A stretch of 64,000 bases of DNA from Candidatus Latescibacterota bacterium (GCA_965223905.1 CBDCXV010000010.1:352001-416000); one strand, 5' to 3'; shown: positions 52,901 through 62,745, numbered from the stretch's first letter. A program made the numbers and translations. The notes: generated by a model from the letters alone, not told the origin.

Positions 52901-53220
52901 TCGTTCCAACTCACCCTGTAAAACTGAATCAAGCCACCATGATTCGGTCCGATTTCCAGGACCACCCCAATTATGCCGGTGTCTGCAATGAATTGTACTT
53001 GATCACCGGGTTTGAACTTTGGCCCCTTCGGGATTTTCTGTTTGCCACGGATACGTCGATAACGCTCGACAATATGGGGGACTACCTCACTTGCCGGGCG
53101 CATACGCGCAATTTCTTCGCCGGTAAGTTCCCGTGTGTCCGGATCGGCGGCGATGGCAGCACGGATTTCGATGTCCTCCTCTTTTGTTGGGAGAACCATT
53201 CTATTTTTGTCTTTTGGCAT
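49954..53220 (-). CDS. SNF2/RapA-like helicase with a BrnA-like antitoxin N-terminus fused in frame (1088 aa)
   Basis: ADEVGLGKT, DEAH, TATP, GGEGLD and QRIGRLDR; first ~65 aa PTKEED...AIAADPD...MRPA...RGKQK. Confidence 0.85.
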   Translation of the reverse strand: MPKDKNRMVLPTKEEDIEIRAAIAADPDTRELTGEEIARMRPASEVVPHIVERYRRIRGKQKIPKGPKFKPGDQVQFIADTGIIGVVLEIGPNHGGLIQFYRVSWNDGNKSLVAEHDLQSYFEDRAPHEVLASGELGGYREFQRAITYERLNRDRPLTNNIHAINASRTRFYPYQFKPLLKFLASANHRLLIADEVGLGKTIEAGLILTELRARESLQRVLVVCPSNLREKWLTEMLTRFGERFEILDAERFGAFLRMYQEAPDRSELSGIISIESLRTRKIIEVLEAQAPTFDLVIVDEAHHMRNFGTRNRRAGELLGSGSSAMIMLTATPVHLGNENLFSLLNILDEESFPELRTSQARFEQNAPIVQAQACIAGVPPNVKQATEFLHRAAKSTEIAQNPAMMEAMLKLKKLEKLEPRENDSRRLQLGLQGDLADLNLIGHIFSRTRKREVHEHVVERHAFVLQVQLSEQERVFYDTVTEFVRENSIKRTGDPVVQSWILQTPQRRMASCIPAMVEHYRECSDLSIEDLSEDETVTSSNGDGESPPVFGSVTHRLRDVLREWRDDGIDTKYAHLSQALRGIQEEENGCKCLIFAFYKGTLNYLSKKLSADGFPNLVLSGDVHVKERTGVIDSFRDDREIPILLSSRIGGEGLDFQFCNTMFNYDLPWNPMEVEQRIGRLDRIGQESEVIRIYNFSVEGTIEKKILDRLYNRIGIFERSIGDLEDILGDIVHNLERELLSTSLTPEEIEQRVDHAVLVLEERLQELQRLEEKAAQLVGVDEYFEAEVARIRDRRRYVTSVQLERFVCDFLRSHCPRTRFLTGSEGDGVIHVCDQLRQFLVRENVSVRDTQLLARSERTGISVTFDSDLAFRKPRIEFINVVHPLVRAIARHYEEARIAPATRVSLREVGLLDPGTYYFFIFKLRIEALRQSSVLEIVVLNEDLKEACSAENSEAILGEIVENGQEPKGGHMPVDEDRAMHAFNEAEQLLLGRIKGLRLEAERTNDAFIDRRLASVRAFAGRKLAGQQALLKKGEVLGREERYLRMLRGSIDNIERKLGADADSLEQQRRVGVTYDEIAAGILEVHSR

Positions 53221-53464
53221 ATTCGCGGGCCTCGCTTCTGGTGGCCTTGCGCAGGCTGATAATTCGGGTGTCCCTGCTCTGGTCTGCGAAGACAACAACG
53301 TGAAGATTTGCGCCGATAAAACCCGTGGCGATCCAGCGGGATTCGGCGTGATCTCCATCCATATCAACTACAGCGTTTTCCCACTCAAATGCCTCCATGT
53401 CGACAAAGTCCACGCCATGTTTCGTCAAATTGCCTCGCCGTTTGTCTTCGTCCCATTGGTACAT
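53201..53464 (-). CDS. brnT: BrnT-family toxin
   Basis: WDEDK...N..KHGVDF...RIISLRKAT..E. Confidence 0.92.
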   Translation of the reverse strand: MYQWDEDKRRGNLTKHGVDFVDMEAFEWENAVVDMDGDHAESRWIATGFIGANLHVVVFADQSRDTRIISLRKATRSEAREYAKRQK

Positions 53465-53708
53465 TGCATTTGCGTGCCATGATCCATTTCAATTTGGAAT
53501 AAACTCTCGTCTGGTAGCTGTCAATTCATGAGAGCCGATTCATCCGACCTGATCCGAGTTCAGCAAATCCCATTCGCCAGCTATAACATCTTACCTGCCT
53601 GACAATTGCCAAGAGTTTCCTTTCCTGCCGGCCACCGTATCCTGCAGCATGGGTAAAAAACGTGGGGGAACGCCGGAAACGAATTGACTGCTGACTTCCC
53701 CACCTCCG

Positions 53709-54091
53709 TCAGGCGCCCCGGCGGTTGTCCCGGGAGCGCGGCGCCAGGTCGAACCAGGTCTCGTGGCCTCCGAGAAGCGCTTGAGCTCGTCGACCATCAG
53801 GGTGAAATACTGCTGCCTCACCGCGGGACCGTACCAGCCGATATGCGGACTCAGGAACACGTTCGGCAGCTCGAGGATCTCGCAGTCGGGGGAGATCGGC
53901 TCCGGATCGAAGACGTCGAGCCCAGCGGTGATGTCCCCTCTCTTCAGCCGTTCAATGAGGGCCTGCGGATCGACGATCGGCCCGCGCGACACGTTGACGA
54001 AAGTGCACCCCGGCCGGATCAGGTCGAGCTCGGCGCGGCCGACCATGCGCCGCGTCTTCGGGGTGAGAGAGGCCAGGTCCGGACGGCTCAC
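53709..54091 (-). pseudogene. D-2-hydroxyacid dehydrogenase with a large internal deletion
   Basis: Start VSRPDL joins directly to ASLTPKT...FVNVSRG...LDVFDPEP...SPHIG. Confidence 0.75.
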
Positions 54092-54963
54092 TGTTCCCAG
54101 CGTTCCGGGGCGATCGCCGGTGCGTCCGACCTCATCCCCACCGGCTTGTGGGGCTGCTCCCAGTCGACCCCCGAGGTGTTGAGGCTCTGCAGGAAGCGCC
54201 GGGCCACGGCCGGGGCCGCGGCGACCAGCTCGGGGTCCCAATCCTCCATCGGCTGGATGGGGCCGGCCCAGGCGGGACGGTAGCCCAGCTGCACCAGGGT
54301 GCGCAGCGAATCCGACCGGTTGGGGTGGGTGCCGTGAAAGATGTTGACCGGAAATACCGCGGCGGTCCCCGCCTTTGCGCAGATGGTCACCTCTCCCGGG
54401 TGCGACTTGTAGCGCACGTACGGGTTGGCGTCGACGTGAAAGGAGAGGTGCGAGCGCGGCAGTACGCGCAGGGGGGCCCGCTCGGGGGTGAGGTCGTCGA
54501 GGTAGTAGAGCACCCGCAGCAGCTTCGGGGAGCTGCCCTCGTACCCGAAGATCGAGGAGCCGAACGGCTGCCCGTCGGTGTGCAGGGAGATCGGTGGGGA
54601 CCCGGACAGGGTGCGCGTGAACAGCCCGCGGGTGAAGACGATCTCCTCGCCGCACAGCGCCTCGAGGAACTCGACCACCGGCGGGTTGGCGATCACTTCC
54701 GCCAACGCCGGGCTGTACCACTGCGGCTCGCGGTGGTAGGTCTGGCAGTCGCTGTAATCTTTCGTCCCCATCGGCGCGTCCGCCATCTCCTGCTTGATGC
54801 GGCCCATGTGATCGGCGTCGAGCACGCCGGGAAGGACGACGTACCCCTCGACCTCGAGGTGGCGCATCTTCTCCCCCAGGGTCATGGCGCCGTAGTCGGT
54901 CTCGTCGATGTTCATGAAGTCGATCCTCTCTTCGGGATCGAAGTTCAGGTCGCGTTTGGCCAT
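54088..54963 (-). CDS. PhyH family dioxygenase
   Basis: LHTD, YYLDD, PRSH and FHGTHPN motifs. Confidence 0.88.
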   Translation of the reverse strand: MAKRDLNFDPEERIDFMNIDETDYGAMTLGEKMRHLEVEGYVVLPGVLDADHMGRIKQEMADAPMGTKDYSDCQTYHREPQWYSPALAEVIANPPVVEFLEALCGEEIVFTRGLFTRTLSGSPPISLHTDGQPFGSSIFGYEGSSPKLLRVLYYLDDLTPERAPLRVLPRSHLSFHVDANPYVRYKSHPGEVTICAKAGTAAVFPVNIFHGTHPNRSDSLRTLVQLGYRPAWAGPIQPMEDWDPELVAAAPAVARRFLQSLNTSGVDWEQPHKPVGMRSDAPAIAPERWEQ

Positions 54964-55095
54964 CGGTATTCTCCGCGTGTCTCCCGAGTCTCGGCCCCGC
55001 CGCGGCGAGGCATTACCGAGGCGAGGCATTACCGAAAAGTAAATAGGCAAACAGGTGGCCCGGAACAAGCGGCGGATGCCCCCGGCCTGCTGCAC

Positions 55096-55430
55096 TCGAT
55101 CTCCGGGTGGTCAGTGGAGCAGGCGGCATCGAGGTGGAAATACTGCCATGTCCGCACGCGGAGGACTTTGCAATGGACTTCGAGGAGATGGGACGATCCG
55201 CGCCGCGGCCACCGCGGTCGATTCTCCGGGTGCCTCAGAGGAGCAAGCGACATCGAGGTGGCAGTACTGACATGCCCGCATGGCAGGAGTTCTCAATGGG
55301 CTTCGAGCAGATGGGACGATTCCGATGCCGCGGCCACCGCGCTTGATATCCGGGGTGCCTCAGTGGAGCAATCGTCACCGAAGTGGCCGCGCAGCCATTG
55401 TCTGCACCCCAGGACTTCGAATGGACTTCC
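55096..55430. repeat. Degenerate tandem repeat, ~2.7 units of 124-125 bp
   Basis: TCAG[T/A]GGAGCA recurs at 55111, 55235 and 55360; AATGG.CTTC and GATGGGACGAT recur at the same period. Confidence 0.8.
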
Positions 55431-55490
55431 TGCGCCCGCACCATGCAGGGGATTTTTGGTTGGTCTTGCGAATCGGGGCGCCTGGGAACC

Positions 55491-57179
55491 CTATCCACCC
55501 CCGACTTCGCTGGCGCCGCGCGCCCTCAGAAGGGCCGCGAGCTCCTCGTCGCCGCGCCCCAGCGCCGCGGAGAGCGGGGTCGTGCCGTCGTCGGCAGCGG
55601 CGGCGATATCGGCGCCGTGGGCGAGCAGCAGGTCGAGCACCTGTTCCCCTTCCGGGCTTGCGGTGACGCCGTGAACGGGGGTGTGGCCTGCCGCGAGGCG
55701 GGCCTTCGCCAGGGCCGGATCGGATTCCAGGACCGCGGCGAGCTGCTCAACCCTGCCCCAAGCCGTCAGGTCGAACACGTCCCTGCTGTGATCGAGCAGC
55801 AGGTCGCGAAGCTCGAAGTGGCCGGCGTGATTGGCGAAGCCTACCGGGGTGGCGTCGTGGTCCCTCTCCCGGATCTCGCAGTTCGCCCCGCGAGCCAGCA
55901 GCAGGCGGACGACCTCGCCGCTGTTCTCCCAGGCGGCCCAGTGCAGGGAGACGCGGCCCCTCTCGTTCGGCGCGTCGGGGTCGGCCCCGAGATCGAGGAG
56001 CAGGCGGGTCGCCGCGGCATTGGTCACCGCTTCCTGGAGCAGCTCGGGGTTCTCTATCAGGCCGGGTGCTTCCGCGAGCAGCTGATTCGCCCTGCCCTCG
56101 TCGCCGCTCATCACTGCCGCGGTGAAGCGGTCTTCCAGGGACAGCTCCACGACTTCGGCGCCGTGTCGAGCCAGCATTTCCGCAATCTCCGGAAAGCCCC
56201 CGAGAACGGCGTTCTCGTAGTTCGAGCGGCCCTTGTAGAGATCGGGGGCCGTCACGTCGGCGCCGTGCTCCAGCAGCAGGGACACCCTTTCGGGGAATCC
56301 CCTCTTGACCGCCTGGGACAACTGGTAGTCGAGGGTCCTCAGCGGCGGGTCGTGGGAGGGATAGACCACTGCGGCTGCCTCAAGCCCGCGCGACAGGAAC
56401 AGCTCCAGCCACTGGTTGTCCGGGGTGAACATCGTGTTGTAGAGCCCCTGCGCGTCGTTCGGGTCGGCCCCGGCGTCGAGCAGGATCGCCGCCAGCTCGC
56501 GGGCCCGCGGGTGGGGCGGCTGCTGCAGGAGGCCATGCTCCCCCTCCCCCATGACCCCGGTCAGGGCAGACCAGCTCCAGCCGCCCCGCTCCTCCGGTCC
56601 CACGCAGGTGTCGCCCGGGGCGCCGGCGGCGAGCAGCAGCTCAGCCGCGGCCACGGCGTCGCGCCGTGGCGTATCCTCCGGCACCCGGCTGAAACAGAGG
56701 TAGAGGAGCGGCGGCCAGTCGCGCGGCCCTCCGGGGGCGACTGCGCTGTCCGCATCCCGGGTCAGATGCCGCAGGGCTTCGACATCGGAAGCGGCCGCGG
56801 CGGCCCAGGGGTGCACCCAGGAGATCCCGGGAGTTTCGCCCAGCATGCGGGCGGCGCGCTCGCGGCGGCTGACGTGGTCGTCGCCGCGATACGACAGGCA
56901 GGCGAGCTCGGCGAACAGATCGGCCAGATCCTCAAGAGTTCCCGAAACCCCGGCCTCCTCCTCGAAGGCCCGCTGCAACTCCCACCAGCCAGGATGCCCG
57001 TATTTCCGGGCAACCACCAACAGGGCGTCGCGACAGGTGCTGAACTCTCCCGGGTCCGGATGGTGCTCGCGGATGAGCTCGAGCGCTTCATGCGGTTTGC
57101 GCCGGGCCCGGTCGAGAAGGGATTTCGCCTCCCTGCGGAGACTGGACAGGCTGGGACGGCTGGATCTATCGACGGACAT
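55491..57179 (-). CDS. Ankyrin repeat protein with a helical N-terminal domain
   Basis: Repeated LL..GAD.N and SLHWAA; N-terminal RPSLSSLRREAKSLL...ARKYGHPGW. Confidence 0.9.
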   Translation of the reverse strand: MSVDRSSRPSLSSLRREAKSLLDRARRKPHEALELIREHHPDPGEFSTCRDALLVVARKYGHPGWWELQRAFEEEAGVSGTLEDLADLFAELACLSYRGDDHVSRRERAARMLGETPGISWVHPWAAAAASDVEALRHLTRDADSAVAPGGPRDWPPLLYLCFSRVPEDTPRRDAVAAAELLLAAGAPGDTCVGPEERGGWSWSALTGVMGEGEHGLLQQPPHPRARELAAILLDAGADPNDAQGLYNTMFTPDNQWLELFLSRGLEAAAVVYPSHDPPLRTLDYQLSQAVKRGFPERVSLLLEHGADVTAPDLYKGRSNYENAVLGGFPEIAEMLARHGAEVVELSLEDRFTAAVMSGDEGRANQLLAEAPGLIENPELLQEAVTNAAATRLLLDLGADPDAPNERGRVSLHWAAWENSGEVVRLLLARGANCEIRERDHDATPVGFANHAGHFELRDLLLDHSRDVFDLTAWGRVEQLAAVLESDPALAKARLAAGHTPVHGVTASPEGEQVLDLLLAHGADIAAAADDGTTPLSAALGRGDEELAALLRARGASEVGGG

Positions 57180-57748
57180 GGAGGTCCCTTTCGCGAAATA
57201 GTCCGGACCCGTTGTGACAGGCAGAATAGAAGGGTTTGTCGGAGGTTTGCCGGCTGCGGGATCGGCACCCAAGGGGACCCATTACCTGCCGCGACCTGAG
57301 GAGCTTCCGGGCAGCCCATTCGGGGTGCGGCCGGTCCCTGCGCCCCGCGTTGCAGCATTGGGCTCGCGCGCCGCGTTTCCTCCCGCGACTCGGCTCGAAA
57401 ACCCTGCCATCGGCCGAGCGAGTTAGCAGCCCGTTGATAAAGTTGCTCTGTAGGCGAGGCCGAGTCATGACGGTCGAAGACAAGGCGCGCGACCGAGTCG
57501 AATCGAGGGGATTCGGGGAGGGAGCGCAACGCCGTATTCGGACGCTCTTTCGAGCGTTTCAGGGAACGGCAAAGCCGTTCCCAACACGAACCCCAAGGGT
57601 TCGCGACCGTCAGGGCCGCCCGCAGCCCAGATGGACTTTTTCCACGGGCTGTTAGTCCCGATTCGAAGCCGCCTCCCCGCCAGAGGGAATGCTCGAACCC
57701 TCCGGTGGCACCCTGGCGGCTGGCTTTCGGCGATAATAGGTTCGGGCC

Positions 57749-58135
57749 ATGGGGTCGTCAAAACGAAATCAGCGGGCCAAAGAACGGCCCTCCCCCTCCG
57801 TCGAGGCCGAGTTGCTCGACGAAGCTGCCGCGGCGTCGATTTCCAGCCTGATCGGCATCGGCTGCCAGTCCGGGGACACGGTGATGGGCCTGTCCGCGGT
57901 GCGGCGCATCCGCGAGCTCGCCTACCTGTTCGCTTCCGCGGAGCTGGCAAAAGGTACCTGGAGAGAGCTCGGGCGGCGGCGGCGGACGGGAACGCGGCTC
58001 TTCCGGGTAGCGGATCTCTCCCGCCTCACCGCTGCCGCGGGCCGCGGCGACCTGTCGGTCGTCGGCGTGAAACCGGGAGGGTTGGCCGCCGGCATCGCCG
58101 CCCGCCTCGAGGCCCATGCAAAGGCAGACGCGTAA
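57749..58135 (+). CDS. L7Ae/L30e-like (YlxQ-like) RNA-binding protein
   Basis: LIGIG..SG..VMG..AVR...L..A.GR...SVVGV...GLA.GI pattern. Confidence 0.55.
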   Translation: MGSSKRNQRAKERPSPSVEAELLDEAAAASISSLIGIGCQSGDTVMGLSAVRRIRELAYLFASAELAKGTWRELGRRRRTGTRLFRVADLSRLTAAAGRGDLSVVGVKPGGLAAGIAARLEAHAKADA

Positions 58136-58171
58136 ACCGGACGGCCGCCACCCTTCACTAAGGAGAATTCC

Positions 58172-59602
58172 ATGCTCCAGCCGAAGCGGTTCCACCAGCT
58201 CTTTCTCGACGACGGCGCCATTCACTCGAGCGAGCGCATAACCCGGCGCCTGCACCAGCCGAAGAAGTGCGGCCCGCTGATAACCGGCGGGGTGCAGAGC
58301 CGCAACTCCCCGCAGTGGAACCCCGGCAAGCAGGTGTGGGAGTGGTGGTACTCCGGCGGCCTCCGCTACGCGACCTCCGCGGACGGGGAACACTGGGACC
58401 TTCCCCACCTCGGCCTCTACGAGTGGGAGGGGTCGCGGCAGAACAACCTCGCCGCGGACCCGGCCAGCGACGGCAGCGAGCGGGCCTACCACCTCGTGCG
58501 GGACGATGCCGATCCCGACCTGCAGCGGCGCTACAAGGGTCTGCTGGCGACCTGGGGCCGGCTGCCGGCGCTGTCGCCGGACGGCTTCCAATGGACGCCG
58601 ACCGGCGCCCCGGCGATCCCCAGCAGCGACGAGTCGCAGTTTACCTGGGATCCTTACAGCAGCCAGTACCTGGCGATGGTCAAGCAGGGAACCGAATGGG
58701 GGCGCTCGGTATTCCTTTCGACGAGCGGCCCCGACTTCGAGGAGTTCAGCGAGCCGAGGCTGATCTTCCACTCCGACGAGATCGACCACGAGAACTGCCG
58801 GCAGCGGGTGCGCAAAATCATCGAGGACCCGGCCTACGTGACCCCGGCCGCGGTCGACGGCGAAGACTACATCGCCGAGGTCTACAACATGGCCGTCTTC
58901 CCCTACCAGGGGCTCTACGTCGGCTTCCCTGTGCTGTTCAATCCCTTCGGCGCCAATCCCCCGCCGGCAACCAACTTCGACCGCATCAACCAGGTGGAGC
59001 TCAGCGTCTCCCGCGACCTCTATCACTGGGAGCGAGTCGCCGACCGCGCCGTCTTCCTCGGGGTCGAACCCTACGACGGGGAGACCTACGATACCGGGCA
59101 GCTGTTGATGGCCGGACAGCCGGTCGTCCGCGACGACGGCGAGATCTGGTGCTACTACAACGGCCTCAGGTGGGGTACGTCCATGCAGAACTACGAGCGC
59201 CGCGGCAAGCTGGACGAGCTGCATCGCATGGGGGTCGATCCCCACCACTTCGACGACAGCGGGGCCCTGTCGCTGGCCAGGCTGCGGCCCGACGGCTTCG
59301 TGTCGCTCGAGGGCAGCGACAACGGCGTCGTCACGACGCGGCCGTTCGAGCTGAATGGGGAGGAGGTCTTCATCAACGCCGATGCCCGCTGGGGGGAGAT
59401 CTACACCGAGATCCTCGACGCCGAGTCGGGCCGGCCGATTCCCGGTTTCTGGGTGCCGTCCGAGCGCCCGCCCCCCTTCACCGGCGACTCGACCCGCGCC
59501 CGGGTAGCCTGGAAGAATGGGCACGGATTCCTGTTCGACAGGCCGGTGCAGCTTCGGTTCTACCTGCACCGGGCGAGCCTGTTCTCCTTCTGGATCGAGT
59601 GA
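58172..59602 (+). CDS. Glycoside hydrolase-like beta-propeller protein
   Basis: YATSADGEHW, SPDGFQW, SRDLYHW and LRPDGFVSL motifs. Confidence 0.7.
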   Translation: MLQPKRFHQLFLDDGAIHSSERITRRLHQPKKCGPLITGGVQSRNSPQWNPGKQVWEWWYSGGLRYATSADGEHWDLPHLGLYEWEGSRQNNLAADPASDGSERAYHLVRDDADPDLQRRYKGLLATWGRLPALSPDGFQWTPTGAPAIPSSDESQFTWDPYSSQYLAMVKQGTEWGRSVFLSTSGPDFEEFSEPRLIFHSDEIDHENCRQRVRKIIEDPAYVTPAAVDGEDYIAEVYNMAVFPYQGLYVGFPVLFNPFGANPPPATNFDRINQVELSVSRDLYHWERVADRAVFLGVEPYDGETYDTGQLLMAGQPVVRDDGEIWCYYNGLRWGTSMQNYERRGKLDELHRMGVDPHHFDDSGALSLARLRPDGFVSLEGSDNGVVTTRPFELNGEEVFINADARWGEIYTEILDAESGRPIPGFWVPSERPPPFTGDSTRARVAWKNGHGFLFDRPVQLRFYLHRASLFSFWIE

Positions 59603-59961
59603 GCCGCTGTCCCTGAGGCCGGCAGGGACCGTATGGCGAAACGCTGGCTCTCGTGGGCAGGGCAGATGCTGCGGCCGGGGGTTGCATCCATCATGCGATT
59701 ACCGGAGGTATTGCTGCCCGGAGTGGACAACCCTCCGGTGGCCAGCGCGCGATTTGCCGGGATCCCGCCTCGAAGGAAGGGCTTGGTATCCGCCGCCCCT
59801 GCCGCCGGCCCGGGAACGGGCAGGTGGCCGCAGCGGGATGATCGCCCGGGATTCCGCCGCCGGGTGAAGGGGAGGCTATCCCCCGCCACTGCCGGTGCGC
59901 CGGCCCGGAACACCGGAGGCTTCCCGAAGTAAGCCGAGGCCGGGATTTCCTCCGCGGACAG

Positions 59962-60903
59962 CTACGGGGTCTGCGCCCCGTTCGTCTCGAGATAGACGGA
60001 GAACAGCGACTGCGAGCAGGTCATGAACAGCCGGTTCTTCCTGCGGCCGCCGAAGCAGAGATTGGAGCAGGGAGCCGGCAGGTGGATCTTGCCGATCAGG
60101 GCGCCGTCCGGGGCGAAGCAGTGGACGCCGTCGAACCCCTCTCCCCCCCAGCAGGCCCCCGACCACAGGTTGCCGTCCAGGTCCGTGCGGATGCCGTCCG
60201 AGGCGCCCGGCTCCATGTCGGCGAAGACGCGGCCGTTGGCGAGGCGCTCCCCCTCGACGTCGAAGACGCGGATGTGGGTCGGGTGCTCCGGACCGTCGGA
60301 GCGCCCGGTGTCGACGACGTAGAGCAGCGACTCGTCCGGGCTGAAGCAGATGCCGTTCGGGCGCCGGAAGTCCCCTGCCGCCACTGTCGCTTCTCCGGTT
60401 TCCGGGTCGAGGCGGTAGACGTTGGCGGCGTTCTCGAAGGGGGCCCGGGCGCCCTCGTAATCCATCAGGATGCCGTACCCCGGGTCGGTGAACCAGATCG
60501 ATCCGTCCGACTTGACCACGATATCGTTCGGTGCGTTCAGCGGCCGCCCCTGGAAGCGGTCCATGAGCACGGTGATCGTGCCGTCGTGCCCGGTGCGGGT
60601 GACCCGGCGGGTGCGGTGCTCGCAGGTGACGAGGCGGCCCTGGCGGTCACGGGTGTTGCCGTTGCTGTTGTTGGAGGGCTTGCGGAAGACGGACACCTCC
60701 CCGGTCTCCTCCTCCCACTTGAGGATGCGGTCGTTGGGGATGTCGCTGAACAGCAGGTAGCGGCCGTCGCCGAACCAGACCGGCCCCTCGAGCCAGCGCC
60801 CCCCGGTCCACAGCATCTCGAGGGCGGCGTTGGCGAGCTTGTAGCGGGCGAAGCGGTCGTCGAGCACTTCGATGCGGCTGTCTGGATATCTCACGAGCTC
60901 CAT
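59962..60903 (-). CDS. SMP-30/gluconolactonase
   Basis: EGPVW, SDIPN, PND, PNG and DG..D..GNLW motifs. Confidence 0.92.
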   Translation of the reverse strand: MELVRYPDSRIEVLDDRFARYKLANAALEMLWTGGRWLEGPVWFGDGRYLLFSDIPNDRILKWEEETGEVSVFRKPSNNSNGNTRDRQGRLVTCEHRTRRVTRTGHDGTITVLMDRFQGRPLNAPNDIVVKSDGSIWFTDPGYGILMDYEGARAPFENAANVYRLDPETGEATVAAGDFRRPNGICFSPDESLLYVVDTGRSDGPEHPTHIRVFDVEGERLANGRVFADMEPGASDGIRTDLDGNLWSGACWGGEGFDGVHCFAPDGALIGKIHLPAPCSNLCFGGRRKNRLFMTCSQSLFSVYLETNGAQTP

Positions 60904-60951
60904 ATCTATCTTCCCCGGGCTTTCAATTCCACCACAACGGAGGGACTGCGA

Positions 60952-61596
60952 ATGAAGGTTCTGGTATTGTCGGGCGAGAATCACGGCTTCGGGCAGAGCG
61001 CCGAGGTGATCTGCGGATTCCTAAATACGGCCGGGGACCTCGAAGCGCAACTCGACGGCGACAAGGGCATTCTCGCCTCCGCGGCGCTGCGCGAGTTCGA
61101 CGTCTGCGTCTTCGGCACCGGGTTCACCCGCACTTTCCAGGGGCCGGACGGCGACATCCGGCGGGAGCCAGATCTCACGCCGGAACAGGAGGACGGGCTT
61201 TTCGATTTCGTCGCCGGCGGCAAGGGCCTGGTCGGAGTCCACGGCACCGGCTGGTGGGTCGGGGCGCGGGCGGTCGATCTCCTGGGCGGGCACGCCAACT
61301 GGCATCCTCCCGGGCTGACCTTCACCGTCAACATCGAGGACGGCACCCACCCGGTGACCCGGGGCATCTCCGACTTCGAGGTCGAGGACGAGATCTACAT
61401 GTCGGCCTGGGACCCCGCCATCCACATCCTCGCCACGGCCGATTGGAGCGACAAGCAGCACCCGATGGCCTGGGTCAAGCCGTACAAGGCGGGGCGGGTC
61501 TTCTACACCGCCCTCGGGCATACCGCCGGCACCTTCCAGCGCCCGGCCATGCAGGCGCTGATGACCCAGGGGGTGCGCTGGGCGGGGTCGAACTGA
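60952..61596 (+). CDS. ThuA-like domain protein
   Basis: GKGLVGVH, HP...DEIY and GRVFYTALGH motifs. Confidence 0.88.
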   Translation: MKVLVLSGENHGFGQSAEVICGFLNTAGDLEAQLDGDKGILASAALREFDVCVFGTGFTRTFQGPDGDIRREPDLTPEQEDGLFDFVAGGKGLVGVHGTGWWVGARAVDLLGGHANWHPPGLTFTVNIEDGTHPVTRGISDFEVEDEIYMSAWDPAIHILATADWSDKQHPMAWVKPYKAGRVFYTALGHTAGTFQRPAMQALMTQGVRWAGSN

Positions 61597-61622
61597 GCCC
61601 CCGGCGCGGCGGGAGCTGAGCC

Positions 61623-62555
61623 ATGGCCATCGCCATGACCGGAGAGCAGCGGCGGGACTTCGAGGAGAAGGGGTACGTCATCCTCGACGACTTCCTCGAA
61701 CCGCTCGAAGTAGGCCGCCTGCTCGAAGCAGTCGACGAGGTGGCGGCCCGCCTCAGGGAATCGACCGGCCTCGGTCCCGAGGAACCCTTCGCCGTCCGCA
61801 ATGCCCTCGCCCAGCACGACGCCTTCCTCGACCTGATCGATCACCCGAAGGCCTTGCCGCTGGTCGTCGACGCCATCGGCTGGAACATCCAGATCCGCAC
61901 CTCCCACCTCGACTACCGGCCCCCCTATCCCGGCCGGATGCAAGCCGGGGGGGTCGGCCGCGGCGACGGGGAGGATCACCAGGCCGGGTACCGCAACATC
62001 AACTGGCACCCGGATCTCGCCGGCAGCTACCTGTTCGAGGCCCCCTCCCTCGACGGGAGGCTGCCGTTCATGGAGGTCAAGATCTTCTACGCCCTGTCCG
62101 ATCTCAGCGAGTCGAACTCGGGTAACCTCTGGGTGATGCCCGGCAGCCACCTGCGGCCGCCGCAGGAGCTGCGGGACGGGTCCGCAGTCGACCTCGACGC
62201 CGCGGTCGAGCTGAGGATTCCCCCGGGCACCGCGGTGCTGTGGCGCACCGCGACCTGGCACTGCGTCGGCCCCAACCTGTCGGCGAGGACGCGCATGATC
62301 ATGCACGTAGGCTATCACTACCGCTGGCTGCGCCCGACCGACTACATCGAGCAGGACCCCGGGCTTATCGCGCGCTGCTCCCCGATCCGCCGCCAGCTTC
62401 TGGGAGCGCTGGCCACCGGGTCGCCTCCCCTCGGGGAGACCCCGGAGTTCCACCCCGCCTCCCAGTACTGGATCACCTCGAACTGGGACGACGTCCCGCT
62501 CAAGGCGTGGGCGGAAGAGCGGGCCGGAGCCGCGGCGACCACCAGCCCTCTGTAG
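61623..62555 (+). CDS. PhyH family dioxygenase
   Basis: WHPD, PGSH and WHCVGPN..R motifs. Confidence 0.9.
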   Translation: MAIAMTGEQRRDFEEKGYVILDDFLEPLEVGRLLEAVDEVAARLRESTGLGPEEPFAVRNALAQHDAFLDLIDHPKALPLVVDAIGWNIQIRTSHLDYRPPYPGRMQAGGVGRGDGEDHQAGYRNINWHPDLAGSYLFEAPSLDGRLPFMEVKIFYALSDLSESNSGNLWVMPGSHLRPPQELRDGSAVDLDAAVELRIPPGTAVLWRTATWHCVGPNLSARTRMIMHVGYHYRWLRPTDYIEQDPGLIARCSPIRRQLLGALATGSPPLGETPEFHPASQYWITSNWDDVPLKAWAEERAGAAATTSPL

Positions 62556-62745
62556 GCGGGGCCGCGGCCGGAGGGACCTGGAAGCGGTCGACCCGTCCGA
62601 GAACGGAAATTGGCGTTCGCAATCCCAGGAGCTGACGGCGAGGAGTTCCGTGAGGTCTACAAGGCACGCAGAATCAGAATCCGCTCTCTCAGGCCCGGCG
62701 GCGATTGCCGAAAGCCCTTTCACCAGCCCGACCAGGAGACCTCCC

